Shown: piece by piece, positions 34,721-47,699 of the stretch
Layout: each line of letters starts with the position of its first letter
How positions within the stretch are numbered: the first letter of the stretch is position 1
NCBI RefSeq assembly: GCF_048593235.1
Contig: NC_133617.1
Coordinates: 71,694,937-71,746,560 of the forward strand
DNA length: 51,624 nucleotides
From: Sminthopsis crassicaudata
Taxonomy: Eukaryota
Reading direction: 5' to 3'
Translations under genes and position numbers: made by a program
The notes under the pieces: model-generated
Seen by the model: the letters and a program-made list of their open reading frames with translations, nothing else
The model's database searches: none
Told to the model about the DNA's origin: nothing

Positions 34721-37700
34721 TCTGGCAATGACATCTAGGGTCCTCACTGAAGTATCCCAAAACAGAACAGTAGTGTCCCAGAGAAAACAACCTTTCAAAA
34801 ATTGTCGGTATCTTTTGTTTTCACATTTCTTTCATTTCTGAATGTCTCCCTCTCCCTCTTTCATCCCCTTACAAACATCCCTTAAAATGTCAAATAAAAA
34901 AGAGAAGACAAAAAGTAAGTAATTCAGGAAAACTAACCAACACAACCACCAAGTGTACTTGTACGTGAGTCCCCCAGGGGTACAAAGCAGGGGATTGTAT
35001 GCTCTCTCTCTGTAGGGTAAAAGCTTAGTTGTTAAGTTTTTTGTGTCTTTTCCACAAGAATATGGGAATTGTAATGTAGGCTGCCCCATAGAAGCCTTTG
35101 AGAGTGACTCTTCTAGACCCCAGCCCACTTGAAGAACTCATCCAGCGCTGATCCAGACTAGGAATTTGGAAGATCCAAGGTGATGTAGGAGATAGAAACT
35201 AAGTTTTGAGACTATCTCCCCCCAAAGACAAAAATGGTAAAAGGAAGAGTATGCCGTGGAAGTACCAGTGAAAATGTTTGTATGTTTGTTCTTGCTATAT
35301 ATTTGAAACAAACATTTCTTTGTAGATAGTATCTGTTGTTGTTGTTAAATGGAACTTGGTTGCAAGTCACTGGTCACTGGCCCTAACAAATAGGAGGAAT
35401 GTAGCTTGTAGAGGCATGAGCTTTAAGTCAGGGCACACTCACTACATTTATATTCTTTGTCTCTTGAAACACAGTAATATTCCATTACATTCACATGCTA
35501 CAATTTGCATAATTATTTATTCAACTGATGGTCATCTATTTTGAGTTTTTTGAGAAAGAAACATTTACTTCCTACTGTTCGGAGATTTAGAGTCTTTCCT
35601 ACTTTTCTACTCCCTGCCTCATAATCAATATGATTTGCAACTTCCTTTTATTTTTTCAACTTAATTGATTTTTCATTTTTGTGGTGTTTTCTACATTATA
35701 GTAATTTCTGATCTACCCTAATGCCCACAATAAACTCTTCTTTGTAACAAAATTATTAAGCAAAACCAAATACTCTCATCCAACAAACACCTAATATTGT
35801 ACAAGGCTCAGAGGTCAAATAAAAATAATGCCTGCCTATAAGGAGTTTATATTCTGCCACATATTTCCTGGGCCAAGTGACTCAAGGCTCTTCCCAGCCA
35901 ACATCCCACCCAGATGACACAGCTCAGAACTCCCAAAGGATCTATTACACGTAGCTCAGATCTAAATCCCTCCTAAGGAGTCATGGCCTACCAGGACCAC
36001 CCTGTATAACCTAGGACCCTCTCAAACATACCAGAAGGCTCACCCACCTCTTCAAAACCACTAGACCTATTAGGGCAACCCCAGCCAACTCAGCACAAAG
36101 CACCAACCCTCCCAGCTTTAACCATTAGATAAGAATTGATATGACATCACCTGTAATTGTATGCAATGTTCTTCATCTGTAGTCCTCTCCCCATCTCCAT
36201 TCTCTTACTGTTGATGGAGATGAAGGAAGTATGTTTCATCCATTATCTCTAGAAACCAAAATTAGTCATTGACTTTCATTTGAATTCAGCTGTCTTTCAT
36301 TGTTTCCATTCACATAGTTCACAGAGCTTCTCTAGTTCTGCTTTCTTTACTCTGTTTCAATTCATATACATACATTTCTACCAATTCCTCTTAGATAGCT
36401 AGGAAACTTCTTTTGTTCTCTAATATTTGGAGTACTACAGTAATGACAACAAAACAAATTGATTCCTGTGGTTATTGGAGCACTGGGCCTGGAGTCAGGA
36501 AGACCCGAATTCAGATCTGGTCTCAGTTATATACTTAGCTGCATGAAACTGGGCAACTAATTCATTTTATCCTTTCAGCCTCAATTTTTTCATCAGTAAA
36601 ATGAGTCAGAGAAGGAAATGGAAGATCATATCTTTGCCCAAATACACACACACACCCACACACACAAACCTCAAATTGGATCACAAAAATCCAGACACAA
36701 CAACACAAACTTCCTTCCCCAAGCTTATGGAAAGCCAACATGTCACTATAGTTATTATCCAGTCAGGGAGCACAAGATCTAATTTGCCCCCCAAGTGTGG
36801 CTCCCACTTAAGAACACCAATGAGTACTCATATGAATCTGATACACTGAAATAAGGATGCAGCATTTCCTCTGCCCGATAAAGGGTTTTAAGCCTTCATG
36901 TTACTATCTACTAACTACAGCTTCAAATGGCACTAATGCTAAGTAAATAAAAACCCATGCTGATTAGATTTGGATATTGGTAAGAGGATAGTTTGGAATA
37001 TTGCTTAAAATATTTACTCTCCCACCTTATATCTAGAATCTCTTCCCTCCACTAATGGCTTCCCCTAATCAGAGGACACAGGTATTTCACAGTGTGGTCA
37101 TAGTTCATTTCCCATCATAGGCTCTGGTTAGTTTCAACTCCACCAGGATAAGCTCATTCCTTGAAATCTCCTCATCATGAAAAAAATCAATTTTTTTATT
37201 TTTATAATTTTAATAAAATTTTATTTTAATAATCAAGACCTTCTCAACAACCTGTTTCTTCTCCCCTACCATCAGAGGATAGAGCAATAAACTCCTCCCA
37301 AAGAATGTTCCAGCTTATTTCATTTCCCATCAATTATTCTGCTTGCTTTCAAATCCCCTCCACTGGGTACTCTCTGAAGCTACACCCCAGTTCTGAGCTT
37401 CCTTTTCTGTATAGTCTGCCCCCATTCAATTGTAAACTTTTTGACAGCAGGGATTGCCTTTCTTTTTCTGATTGTATCTCCAGCACTTAACATAATTCCT
37501 GGCACATATTAGGCACATAATAAATGTTTATTGACTATTAAACAGTGAAAATGGAAAAGAAAAAAAGATCAAATCCTCCTATATACAGCCATCTATCTAC
37601 TTCCTATTTCTGTTCACCCTCCCAATTATTAAGGGGAATTGGAGAAGTTCCCAAATTACTCTCCCTCACAGATTCATGGAAAGGGATTGCCTAGGACCCC

Positions 37701-38634
37701 AATTTGGCTCTTGCTATCTCTCAATAAAAATCAAGGGAAACATGGCTAGAGAACCAATTTTTCCTTATGACTCACCACTTCACCAACAAACATAGTAACT
37801 GTCTTACATGCTCTGCAACATTGATCTCCTCCATCTTGATCTCCAGCTGCCACAGATTTAGGGGACATCTAGTCATGATTTTAATTCTTCTTCCTCTGGT
37901 GCTTGTCCCAAGGAAGAATCTTGACTTTGGCAGTTTATGACCCTCTAAAACTCAGAAGATCCAATCTCAAAGTCAGCTGTTACTCACCTGCATGGGAATC
38001 AGAAACCCAAAGCCCAAAGTAGTTATTCAAAGCTGTGATCCCTTATATACAGGCAATAAGTTTGAATCTCACAGTTCAAACCCAAATGTGTACACCCACG
38101 TATATACCAAGTTATTTCATGGTGTTTCCCAAATCTGCTTATCCCTGTGGTAACTTTTTTTCCTTTTTTCCAATTACATGTAAAGATAGTTTTACACATT
38201 CATTTTTATCAGATTTTGAATTCCAAATTTTTTCTTTCTTCCCTTTTATCCCTCCTCCCCGAGACAATAAGCAATCTCATATACATCATATATGTTCAAT
38301 CATTTTAAACATTTTTCCATATTAGTCATGCTGTGAAAGAAAAATCAGAACAAAAGGGAAAACCCCTCTGTGGTGACTTCCATAGTGTCTCAAGTTCCCT
38401 CGGAGATGAAACAGTCCTGCAGAAACACTCAGTTTCCATCATTTCTTAGGTATACAATTTCTCACCCCTGTGTTTTTGCTCAAATACTATCCTAATCCAT
38501 AACCTGTTACCCATACCTAAAGGAGGTCTTCTCCCCAAAGGGGTGTGTTAGACTTATATAACATGAGTATTTACCCTGGGAGTAGCCTGATCTCAAAAGG
38601 AATTGGTCTTTTCTCACACTCTAAGACTAGAGCC

Positions 38635-38835
38635 AACTAGAATCAGCTCAGGAGAGAGAGATGGTTATTAAATTTTCACCCTGAGCATTTGCCCCTCCAA
38701 TATTGGCAAGTACTACAAATCAGAGCTTGATTTTTTGTTTTGCTGATTTCTAGGCTTAAAAAAATGATGGAGAAAGTGTAAGTAACATAAACTTTAGAAA
38801 ACATGAAGGGCTCATTTTTGGAGAACCAGTTAAGC
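38635..38835 (+). mobile_element. hAT-Tip100-like DNA transposon fragment
   Basis: Homologous to 14165-14330 and 20755-20960 (ttattaaattttcaccctgagcattt...aaatcagagcttgatttt...gatggagaaagtg). Confidence 0.55.
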
Positions 38836-38929
38836 ATTCATTCTCACAATCCTGTTCGCTTCTCAGGACTGAACCTCAAGAAAAATATTTTATGCAAAAT
38901 TAGAATAGTATTTATATCAGAAGGGTAGA

Positions 38930-39170
38930 GAGCAGCTAGGTAAGGCAGCAGGTAGAGATTTGGGGCTGGGGTCAAGAAGATTCATGTTCATGAATTCAAA
39001 TCTGACTTCAGAGACTTACTAGCTATGTGATCCTGGGCAAGTCATTTGATCCTGTTTGCCTCAGTTTCCTCATTTGTACAATGAACTTGAAAAATATATT
39101 TTTTTCTCTTTTTGTTAAGAAAACCCCAAATGAGATTATGAAGAATTAGACAGAACTGAACAATAACAAC
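38930..39170 (+). mobile_element. Mar1-type SINE
   Basis: Head gagcagctagg..., core, and tail aagaaaaccccaaatg...gacagaactgaacaa. Confidence 0.75.
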
Positions 39171-39959
39171 AACAAAAAAGGAAGCGTGATTATAAAGGGC
39201 TTTCTAAGCCAAACCTAAACTTTATATTCAATCCTATGTAAGCAATAGGAAGCAACTTGAGCAGATTGAAAGGGACATGGTCAGGTCTGAACTTTAAAAA
39301 GATGTTTTTGATAGATGAGGAAGAGATGAACTTGAGGAGGGAGACCAGTCAACAAATTAATGCAATAGTCTAGGTATGAGATGAAGTGGCCTGTACCAGG
39401 TTGGTAGCAATGTCAGAGGAGAAAAGGGGATATATAACAGATATATATTGTAAATATATATCGTGAAAGTAGCATCAACAGAACCAATTACATGGGGTGG
39501 GAGAGAAAGTAGTCAAGGGTTTCAATTGGGAATATGATGATGCTCTTAAATAGAGCAGAAAGTGAGTTTGAGATGTCTGCAGAAGGTCAAACCAGACATT
39601 CTTAAACTTCAGTTTCAAACTTACCTAGGCCCATGTTCTCTTGTCATGTGTTAGTAGCCATCACTGCTGTTAGGGGGCAGGAAATGAAGAGAAATCCTCT
39701 CACTCTCGAGTCAGGACTTGAATTTAAACTCAGCCTCAGACACTCGACACTTACCAGCTGTGTGACCCTGAATAAGTCACTTAACTCTGAGTGCTTCTCC
39801 AAAAATTATTAAATAGTAGAAGTCCCAAGGAAATCTAGCAGTCTCAAAATGGCTCCTCCACAAGGGTCAAATCCCCATGATGATCTGTAGATAATCCTCT
39901 TTAACATGACCCATAGGCAGGAGTACATGTTTGGTTCCAAGAACTCCTACTACAAATTA

Positions 39960-40510
39960 ATCCATCAGTATTTTTCTTCTTTTTTTAAATAGTAGCTTTT
40001 TATTTTCAAAATACACGTAAAAGTAGTTTTCATCATTCATCCTTGCAAAACTTTGTGTTCTGAATTTTTCTTCCTCCCTTCCCCCTAGCCCTTCCCCTAG
40101 ACAGAAAATATATGTTAAATATGTGCATTCTTCTAAACATATTTCTACATTTATCATGCTGCACAAGAAAAATCAGATCAAAAAGGGAAAAAATTGAGGA
40201 AAAAAAAGGAAGCAAAAAAGGTGAAAATACTATGTTGTGATCCACATTCAGTCCCCATGGTCCTCTCTCTGGATACAAAGTCCATTAGAATTGGCTTGAA
40301 TCACTTTATTGTTGAAAAGAGCCAAGTTCATCAAAGTTGATCATCACATAATCTTGTTGCTGTGTACAATGTTCTCTTGGTTCTACTCACTTCACTCAGC
40401 ATCAGTTCATGTGAGTCTCTCTAGGCCTCTCTGAAATCAGTTTCTTACAGAACAGTAATATTCAATTACATTCATATACCATAACTTCTTCAGCCATTCC
40501 CCAAATGAGG
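39960..40510 (-). mobile_element. L1 3' end (antisense)
   Basis: Reverse complement of the same L1 tail family as 27060-27570. Confidence 0.85.
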
Positions 40511-42689
40511 GGCATTCCCTCCATCAGTAAGTATTTATTATCAATATATTGTCAGTATTATCAATAAGTATCTACTCTGGGCCAGGTACTCTCCCAAGCA
40601 GGAGGTTTACAAAAACAAAACTAAAATAGCGTTTGCCTTCAGAGAAGTCTGAAACAACTTGTCCACATGGAAGCAGGTGCCAAGTCTACCCAGAATACAG
40701 ATCAGGTCATTTCTGCAGAGCATGGGAGGTGAGGAAAAGCTTCTAAAAATCTAAAAGATTCTAAGGACTAAAGGTAAGAAGGAAGTGTATTCTAGGCACA
40801 AGCACAGCCTATGCCGAGGCACTGAGACTGAAGATGGGCTGTTTTACATGAGGAACAGCTAGAGTGTGAAGGGGAGTAATGTATGACAAGTTTGGTCCAG
40901 CTGGGAATGTTTGTATCCGATGCTCAGGGTACTGGGACAGCTAATGGAGCTTGTTAAGCAGAAAAGGAACATGGTCAGACCTGTGCATGTCACCGAAGCT
41001 GCATATTGGAGCAGCTAAAAGCACAGCCGGGTCTCCCATGTCACCTCCCCCCACAAGTGAGTGTCAGTGACTCCCCATGATCTCTGAGTTCTTTTCAGCA
41101 CTTTAAGTCCTTTTCAGTCTGGCGGAGCCTGCTTTCCCAGGCTTATTTCACATAACTGTGAGTCGAGGGCATTCTGAGTTCCAGTACTCTTTGTCTCAGA
41201 GCCTTTCCATTCCCAATCAACAACCTTTGCAAAGGCCATCTCCCATTCCAGAACACCCTCCCTCTTCCCTTCTCTAGGTGCCTTTAAGGATTACTTCTAA
41301 AAGGCCTTTCTTTGTATCTCTGTAGCTTGGGATAATGTCTTACATACAGTAAGTGCTTAATAAATGCTTCTTGACTTGATCGGACCTTCCCAAAATGACT
41401 TGATATTTATTGATTTGTAAATGTTTACTGTCTATGAAATGCATGCAGCTAGGTGGAGCAATGGATACAGGGCTGAGACTAAAATCTGAAAACCCAGGTA
41501 TGGATCCTCTCTCAGATGTTTACTGACCTTGGGCAAGTCATTTAACTCTTGTCTGCCCCAGTTTTCTCAACTGTAAAATGGGGATAAAAATACCAGCTTT
41601 CTCCTAATGTTGTTGTGACTTTCAAACAAGATAATATTTGTAAAGTGCACAGCGCCTAGCAAATAGAAGGTGCTTAATTAATGCTTTTTTCCTTTCTTGA
41701 GGGCAGGGTTTTGTCTTTGCAACCTCAGGGCCTGGCATGTAGTAGACACTAACTCGTTGACTGTGGAAAATTGTATTTTAGTTATTTCTTTTATGTGTGT
41801 TTCTTACCCTCTACTAAACTTGAGCTCTGTGAAGATAACCACTGTAAGTACAGTGGGTGCCTAATCAATGCTTTGTTAAGTTAATGAATTCATTCATTCA
41901 ACCATAAGCTAGTGGATATAGAGGAAGGGGGGAGGGAAGGAAGGAGTCAGAAAAATAAAGGGCTCAAATCTTAGATATTTATTAGCTGTGTGAGCCTAGG
42001 CTGGTCACTAACTTGTTTATTTCAATTTCTTCATCTGTAAAATGGGATAATAATCATACCCATCTGCCAGAATTGTTGTAAGGATCAAATGAGAGAAATG
42101 TAAAATGCTTAGGACAATGCCTGGCATTAGTAAACTCCACATACATGCTAGTTATTATTAAGCACCTACAGTGTGCCTGGCACTAGGCAAGTCCCTGGAT
42201 TTGCAAAAACAAAAGGAATTTGTATTTTATCCTAAAGTCAACGAAGAACCAATAGAGATTCTTGGGGTGGGTGGGTAAGTGGGGTCATCTGTGCTTTCGG
42301 AGTCAGTTAATCTATAAGCATTAAGAGATTATGCTGAGTCAAGCAACGGTGCTAAAAACCTGGGATAAAATAAAGGTAAATTTTTTATCTGATTTTTCTT
42401 GTGCAGCATGATAAATGAGGAAATTTGTTTAGAAGAATTGCACATGATTAACCTCGGTTGGATTAATTGCTGTCTAAGGGAGGAGGTGGGGGGAAAGGAG
42501 GGAGAAAAAAATTTGGTACATAAGGTTTTGCAAGAATATTGAAAGTTATCTTTGCATGCATTTTGAAAATAAAAAAGCTATTATTAAAAATAAAAGACAA
42601 AATAAAATAAAAGGAAGGTAAAAGCATGGTCTTGCCTCAGGGAACTCCCAGTCTAATGGGGAAGAAACATACATAATTCTGAAGTGACT

Positions 42690-44350
42690 GGGAGGTACTC
42701 CCCGGGAAAAGGTCCGGGGGGGGGGGGGGAGGGGGGGAGGATCGATTTGCCCGCTGGGTAGAAAAGGGACCGGACCCAATTACGTCTAGAAATATTTGTT
42801 ATTGAGGGTGGGTGGAAGAAAAGTTTTGAATGACTGCCCATCGTGGGCGGGACGGCGCGTTAGAAACGCCATCGGGCTGGGACCGGGACACCTGGATCTG
42901 GACCTCAGCTGCGACCTCTGGAAAGTCTCTCCCTCCTCTCCCGGCCTCAGTTTCCTCCTCTGTAGGATGCACGGACTGGACAAGCAGCGGGCTGAAAGCC
43001 GAGGGCTTCGGAGCCGGGGCGCGGGTCTGCAGGGGGCAGCACGGAGCCGGCCTCGGGCACCCGGAAGGGCCCCGCCTCCGGCCCGCCCCGGCCCGCCCCG
43101 TCCAGCCCAGGGTGGCCGGCAGGCAGGCAGCCGAGGGGAGCTGTGCAGCAGCTGGGGCGGCTGCGAGCGCGGAGCTGCGGGAGCACCGACGGACCGACGA
43201 ACGGCGCCTCCCCACGCGCCCCCATGGCGGCCTCCGAGCGCCGCGCCTTCGCGCACAAGATCAACAGGTAAGCGCTGGGCCCCGGTCCCCGGGCCCTTCG
43301 GGCGAGGGGCGGGGCGGCGGCCGAGCCCCCGCCACGTGCCCGGAGCCCCGCCTCCCTCGCGTGGGGGTCCACGGCCGTGCGCCCTTTCTCGGGTTTCTGG
43401 AGACTGGCGGGCGGCCGGAGTTGGGGGTCCATTCGATCGCGCCCTACCCTTTCCTTCCCGCCGCCCGGTTCCAGGGGCCGGGAAGCCTCCGCCCTCCCCC
43501 CTTCACGGCCCCCAATTGTCCCCAAAGGCTGGAGGAAACCGACCAGTCTCTCCGTGGGTCCGCCAGTCCGACCAGTCGCGCGCCCTCCCCCGGTCCATCC
43601 TCGGACCAGCCTCCCCCGCGCTCCTGCTCCCATTTCCTGCTCCCTTTCCTCCCGAGCCTGTCCTGGAGGGAGGGACGGAGGAGGGTAGCTTCTGCACCGC
43701 CCGAGCCCGGGGACCAGCTGGGAGTGGGGGAAGGGACGGCGTCTCCAGTGCCTACTTTTGCCCCTCTCCGCGCCCTCCTGGGTCAGGAATGAGCCCCGCT
43801 GTTCCCCTGAGACTCGGGCAGCTTAGCCCAGAGCGCACACGCACCGGGGCGAGGCGGGAGGGGCTGGGCTCTGCGGGCCGGGGGCGCTGGAAGAAAGTGG
43901 AGAGGGTGACAGTTGGGGAAGTGGCTGCAGCTAGGCAAAGAGTCCCTCCATCTGCCTCTCGGATCTCCTTTCTTTTCCCTTTTGCTTTCGGTCTCAAGTC
44001 GCCCAACCCAGCCTGGAGGAGGGGGAAGGTGGAGTCTCGTGATTCCCAAAGTGGCCGGGCCCTTGAGGTTGGTGATGGGCCCGTCTCTAACCCTGGCTGG
44101 GATGAGAAGGGCCCAACTTCCCGGCCACTCGGAGTCCCTGAGCCGGGACTTGGCAGAGCCGCCCGCGCCCTTCATCAGCAGAGATGCATCTTTTGGCTTC
44201 CTTCCACCTCCAGCCAGCACTGATGGAAAGGGTGATAGATAAAGTCCTCCGCCTCTGTCCAGGGTCACTCCGCCCGGGCGGTGACTGGCAGCGCAGCTGA
44301 GCCAGGCCCACCTGTGAGGGGCAGGCTGGGGTTCACAGGGAACTCAGGCT
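42690..44350 (+). promoter_or_regulatory. DOCK6: DOCK6 CpG-island promoter with clustered GC boxes (~43067-43100) and a G-rich tract at 42716-42740
   Basis: High GC and CpG around the DOCK6 start codon; repeated ccgccc / cccgcctcc Sp/KLF boxes about 130-160 bp upstream of the ATG. Confidence 0.9.
43224..43267 (+). CDS. DOCK6: DOCK6 (dedicator of cytokinesis 6) coding exon 1: MAASERRAFAHKIN(R)
   Basis: ATG GCG GCC TCC GAG CGC CGC GCC TTC GCG CAC AAG ATC AAC AG|gtaagc. This matches the human DOCK6 N-terminus MAASERRAFAHKINR as recalled; 44 nt, phase 2. It is absent from the ORF track because an in-frame stop follows the donor. Confidence 0.96.
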
Positions 44351-45439
44351 TGGGAAGCCCCAGAAAGAGCCGGCCTGGGTCTTGGCCCCTGGGAATACAC
44401 AAGTCAGGAAGAGGAGCAGGAAAAGAACAGAGTGGCTCCTGCTCCTAGTCTGAAACAGGATGCTGTGATCGAGCAGTCCCCAATGAGGCTGAGACAGGGA
44501 GGGGGATGGGGAGGGAGGCCGTGTCAGGCCCAGCTGGCCAACATAGGGAGTGGGGGCTGGGCGAGGGGGAAGCGCAGGCTCCAGTCACCAGCTGCCTCCC
44601 AGGGGGATCTGGGCACCAGGCACCACAGGGTACGAGAAGACCACAGTACAGTGTGCGGGGGTACCCATGGATACAGGGTCTCACAGCTCCGTATCCCTGG
44701 GGGCTGAGGCAGGAAACAGACAAAAGTATGATATTTCGCTTTCCTTGACTCTTCTCTGTCCCTCTGGGTCTCAAGTGCACTGTGCCCCATCCCAAAGAAT
44801 ATACAGTCAGGGCTTGGATTAGAGTTAAGAAGGAAGCCTGTTCTACTCCTGAAACTTAATAGAAAATGTCAATGTAAAGGATCTTGGGGGTCAGATGGGA
44901 CAACAAGCCACAGAGCATGAAAAATCAGACCCCGCTGACTCTCCGCTGGCCTGCTCCATGCTTGCGGCCCCCAGAAAGCTATTTTCTTTCAGATCTAGAA
45001 TGGCCCCAAGGCTGTGTAGTTGAAGCCTTTAAGTTAACTGACTTGCCCAAAGATACACAGCTAGCAAGCAGCAGAATCCACAGGTGTTTATTCAGCTCCC
45101 TCTGCCCCCTCTCTGGGATTGGGTAAAGAGATCAGAAAAAAAGATCAATCAGCAAACAGTTATTAAGAATTTATTTGTGCGCCAGTCCCTGGGGGTACAA
45201 AGACCCAAATGAAGGCATCCCTGCTCTCAAGGGGCTTGTGTGTTATCTGGGAAAACAAAGCGTAAATATATAGAAAATAGAATATTTTGAAATAGAAATA
45301 GAAAACAAATCTAAAATCCTTTGGCTTCAGAAAGCGCTGGTAGCCTTGGTGGTGGAGAAAGGGCTCACGTAGGGAGTGGTACCTGATTTTGGAAGGAAGC
45401 TGGCTAGTGGGTCCAGGGAGGAAAGGGTTAATAATCCAG

Positions 45440-45980
45440 CATGGGGCATCAATTGTGTCAAAGTGACAGAAACTGAGGCTGGGGTATCTTAGAGGAGAAG
45501 CACACTGTGGGAGGGCCAGTGTGACTGAAACAATGTATGAAGGAGATAAATTTGGAAAGGGAGCTTGGGAGCCAGTTTGTGAAAGGCTTTAAATGCCATC
45601 AGAGGAGTTTGAATGTGATCCCAGAGATAATAGGGAGCCACTACAGTTTATTGATCAGGGGAGTGATGTGCTAAAGCGGAGAATGGATTGCAAAGGAGAG
45701 AGTGGAGGTAGGGAGATCCATTTAGGCAGTTACTGAAATCCAGGGAGAGCCGATGAGGGACTGGATTAGAAGCTAGGGACAGAACCGGCATCTGGGAGTC
45801 GTCTGTGGAGATCATTGAATCAGTAGTAGCTGATAAGCTTCATTTAGAGTATGGAAAGAGAAGACTGAGTCTTGGCACTAGAGGCCCCACTTGGAGTGTG
45901 GACGTGGGAGAGAAGTGGATGATGGGCTAGCAAAGGATTAGCAAGAGAACTAGTTAGGGGCAGTGCCACAGAAACCCCGA
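45440..45980 (-). mobile_element. L2 fragments in DOCK6 intron 1
   Basis: 'gaaaggctttaaatgccatcagaggagtttgaatgtgatcccagagataatagggagccactacagttt', typical antisense L2 text. Confidence 0.7.
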
Positions 45981-46639
45981 GAGAAGGAAAAAGCACTGGA
46001 GGAAGGGGTGAGTGCTGCAGACACCACATAATAACAGCTAGCATTTAGGTGGGGCTTTAAAGTTGCTCTGTTACCAGGCCGAGACACTTGGCAGTTATTG
46101 GAGTTTAGAGGAATTATAATCACATTTAAATAGCATGTACTGTGTGCCAGGCACTTTACAAATACTATCTCTTTTGACCCTCATAACAACCCTGAAAGTA
46201 GGTGTTATTATTTATCTCCATTTTACAGAAGTGGGAACTGAGACAGAAAGGTTAAGTGATTGAGGCCAGATTTGAAGTTAGATATTCTTGACTCCAGAGT
46301 TGAATGTGCTTTGGGCTATGCCATCCAGCTGCCCACTTCACTGCTGATCTCTGTAATTAGTCCCTTTCTTTTTCTTTTCAAACTATTTTTTATTCTAAAT
46401 TCAGCCATCAATAAACATGAAATAGTGGTTCTCCATTAGCTCAAGAATAAAATATAAACTCCTTAGTCTGGCATTTTCAGGCCCTACCTGACAAACATGA
46501 ACATTTGAATATTCAAAGAATAAAAAAGAATATTACTTTTAAAAGTATATATATATATATATATATTAAAGTTTTACATTAAAGTAATAAAATTCTCTGA
46601 TTTGAGTCTCCTTACCTTTTATATATTTTTAAAAATGTA

Positions 46640-47210
46640 ATTGATGTTCCTCCTTCCTTTTCTCTCTTCTTATCTTTTCTTTCTTCCTTCCCTCTCTTCT
46701 TTCATCCTTTCTTCCTCTCCTTTTTCCTTCTGTCCATCTTTCCTTCCTTTTTTCCTACCTTCTCTCTTTTCATTCCTTCCCTCTTCTTTTTTTCCTTCTC
46801 TCCTTTCTTGCTTTCTTTTTCTCTTTTCCTTCCTTCTCTCTTCTCCTTCCTTCCCTCCCCCCTTTATCTTCCTTTCTCCCTTTTTTCCTTCCCCTCACTT
46901 CCCTTTCTTTTCACTCTTTTGCTTTCTTTCTTCCTCCCATCCCTTCTTCCTTTCTTTTTCCTTTCTTTCCTTCCCTCATTTCTTTTTATCCTTCTTTCCC
47001 ACCCTCATTTCACTTTCTTTCCTTTCTTTCTTCCTTTCCTCCTTTCTTTTCTTTTTTCTTCCCTTCCCTTCTTCATTTTTTCTCTCTCCTTCCCTTTCTT
47101 CTTTTTCTTTTCCTTTCTCCTTTCCTTCTCTCTCTCTTTTTCTTCCTTCCTCTCCTTTCTCCTTGATTTTCCTTTTTCTCCCTCTTTCTTTCCCTTTCTT
47201 CCATTAACCT
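46640..47210 (+). repeat. ~570 bp polypyrimidine (CT/CTT/CCTT) low-complexity tract
   Basis: Almost entirely C/T on the plus strand. Confidence 0.95.
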
Positions 47211-47699
47211 CTACCATAACCCAGTATACTCCTTTCTGAGTACATAGCTACTCATCCTTTGCCTTCTATAAGAGCCTCCTGCTCAGTCTCCCAGTTCCCA
47301 GCCTGATCCAGGCTCCACACAACTGCCAGAATTCTCTTCCTGGGGCTCACTACTGTGTCATTCCCTTCCTCAGAACCTTCCAATGATTTCTCCACTGGCT
47401 CCAGAATAAGCTGTAATCAGTTGGTGTGACCTGGCTCTCACCCTTTCTAGCCAAGCTACAACTCCCTCCCAAAAACCTGCCTCAGTGCCTTTTCTCATTC
47501 TCCCTCCCACCCCCAAGTAGTGGCCCCTTCTTCCCCCACCTTATAAATTACTTTGTATCCACTTACTGAGCACATTTTGTACCTCTTCTTCTACATCCTG
47601 TGCTCCAGCAAATCGGGAGTTACAGTTTCAGGTACAATCCTCTTTTTCTGTTCTACTGTAAATACAGAAATGTCCATTTTATTGAGTATTTGTATTTTA

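Noticed and set aside
42786-44268. 475-aa, 320-aa, 228-aa and other overlapping ORFs
   Set aside because: High-GC CpG-island artefacts. The real DOCK6 exon is in another frame and ends at a splice donor.
46641-47239. F/L/S/P-rich ORFs and a K/E/R-rich antisense ORF
   Set aside because: These are translations of the polypyrimidine tract.
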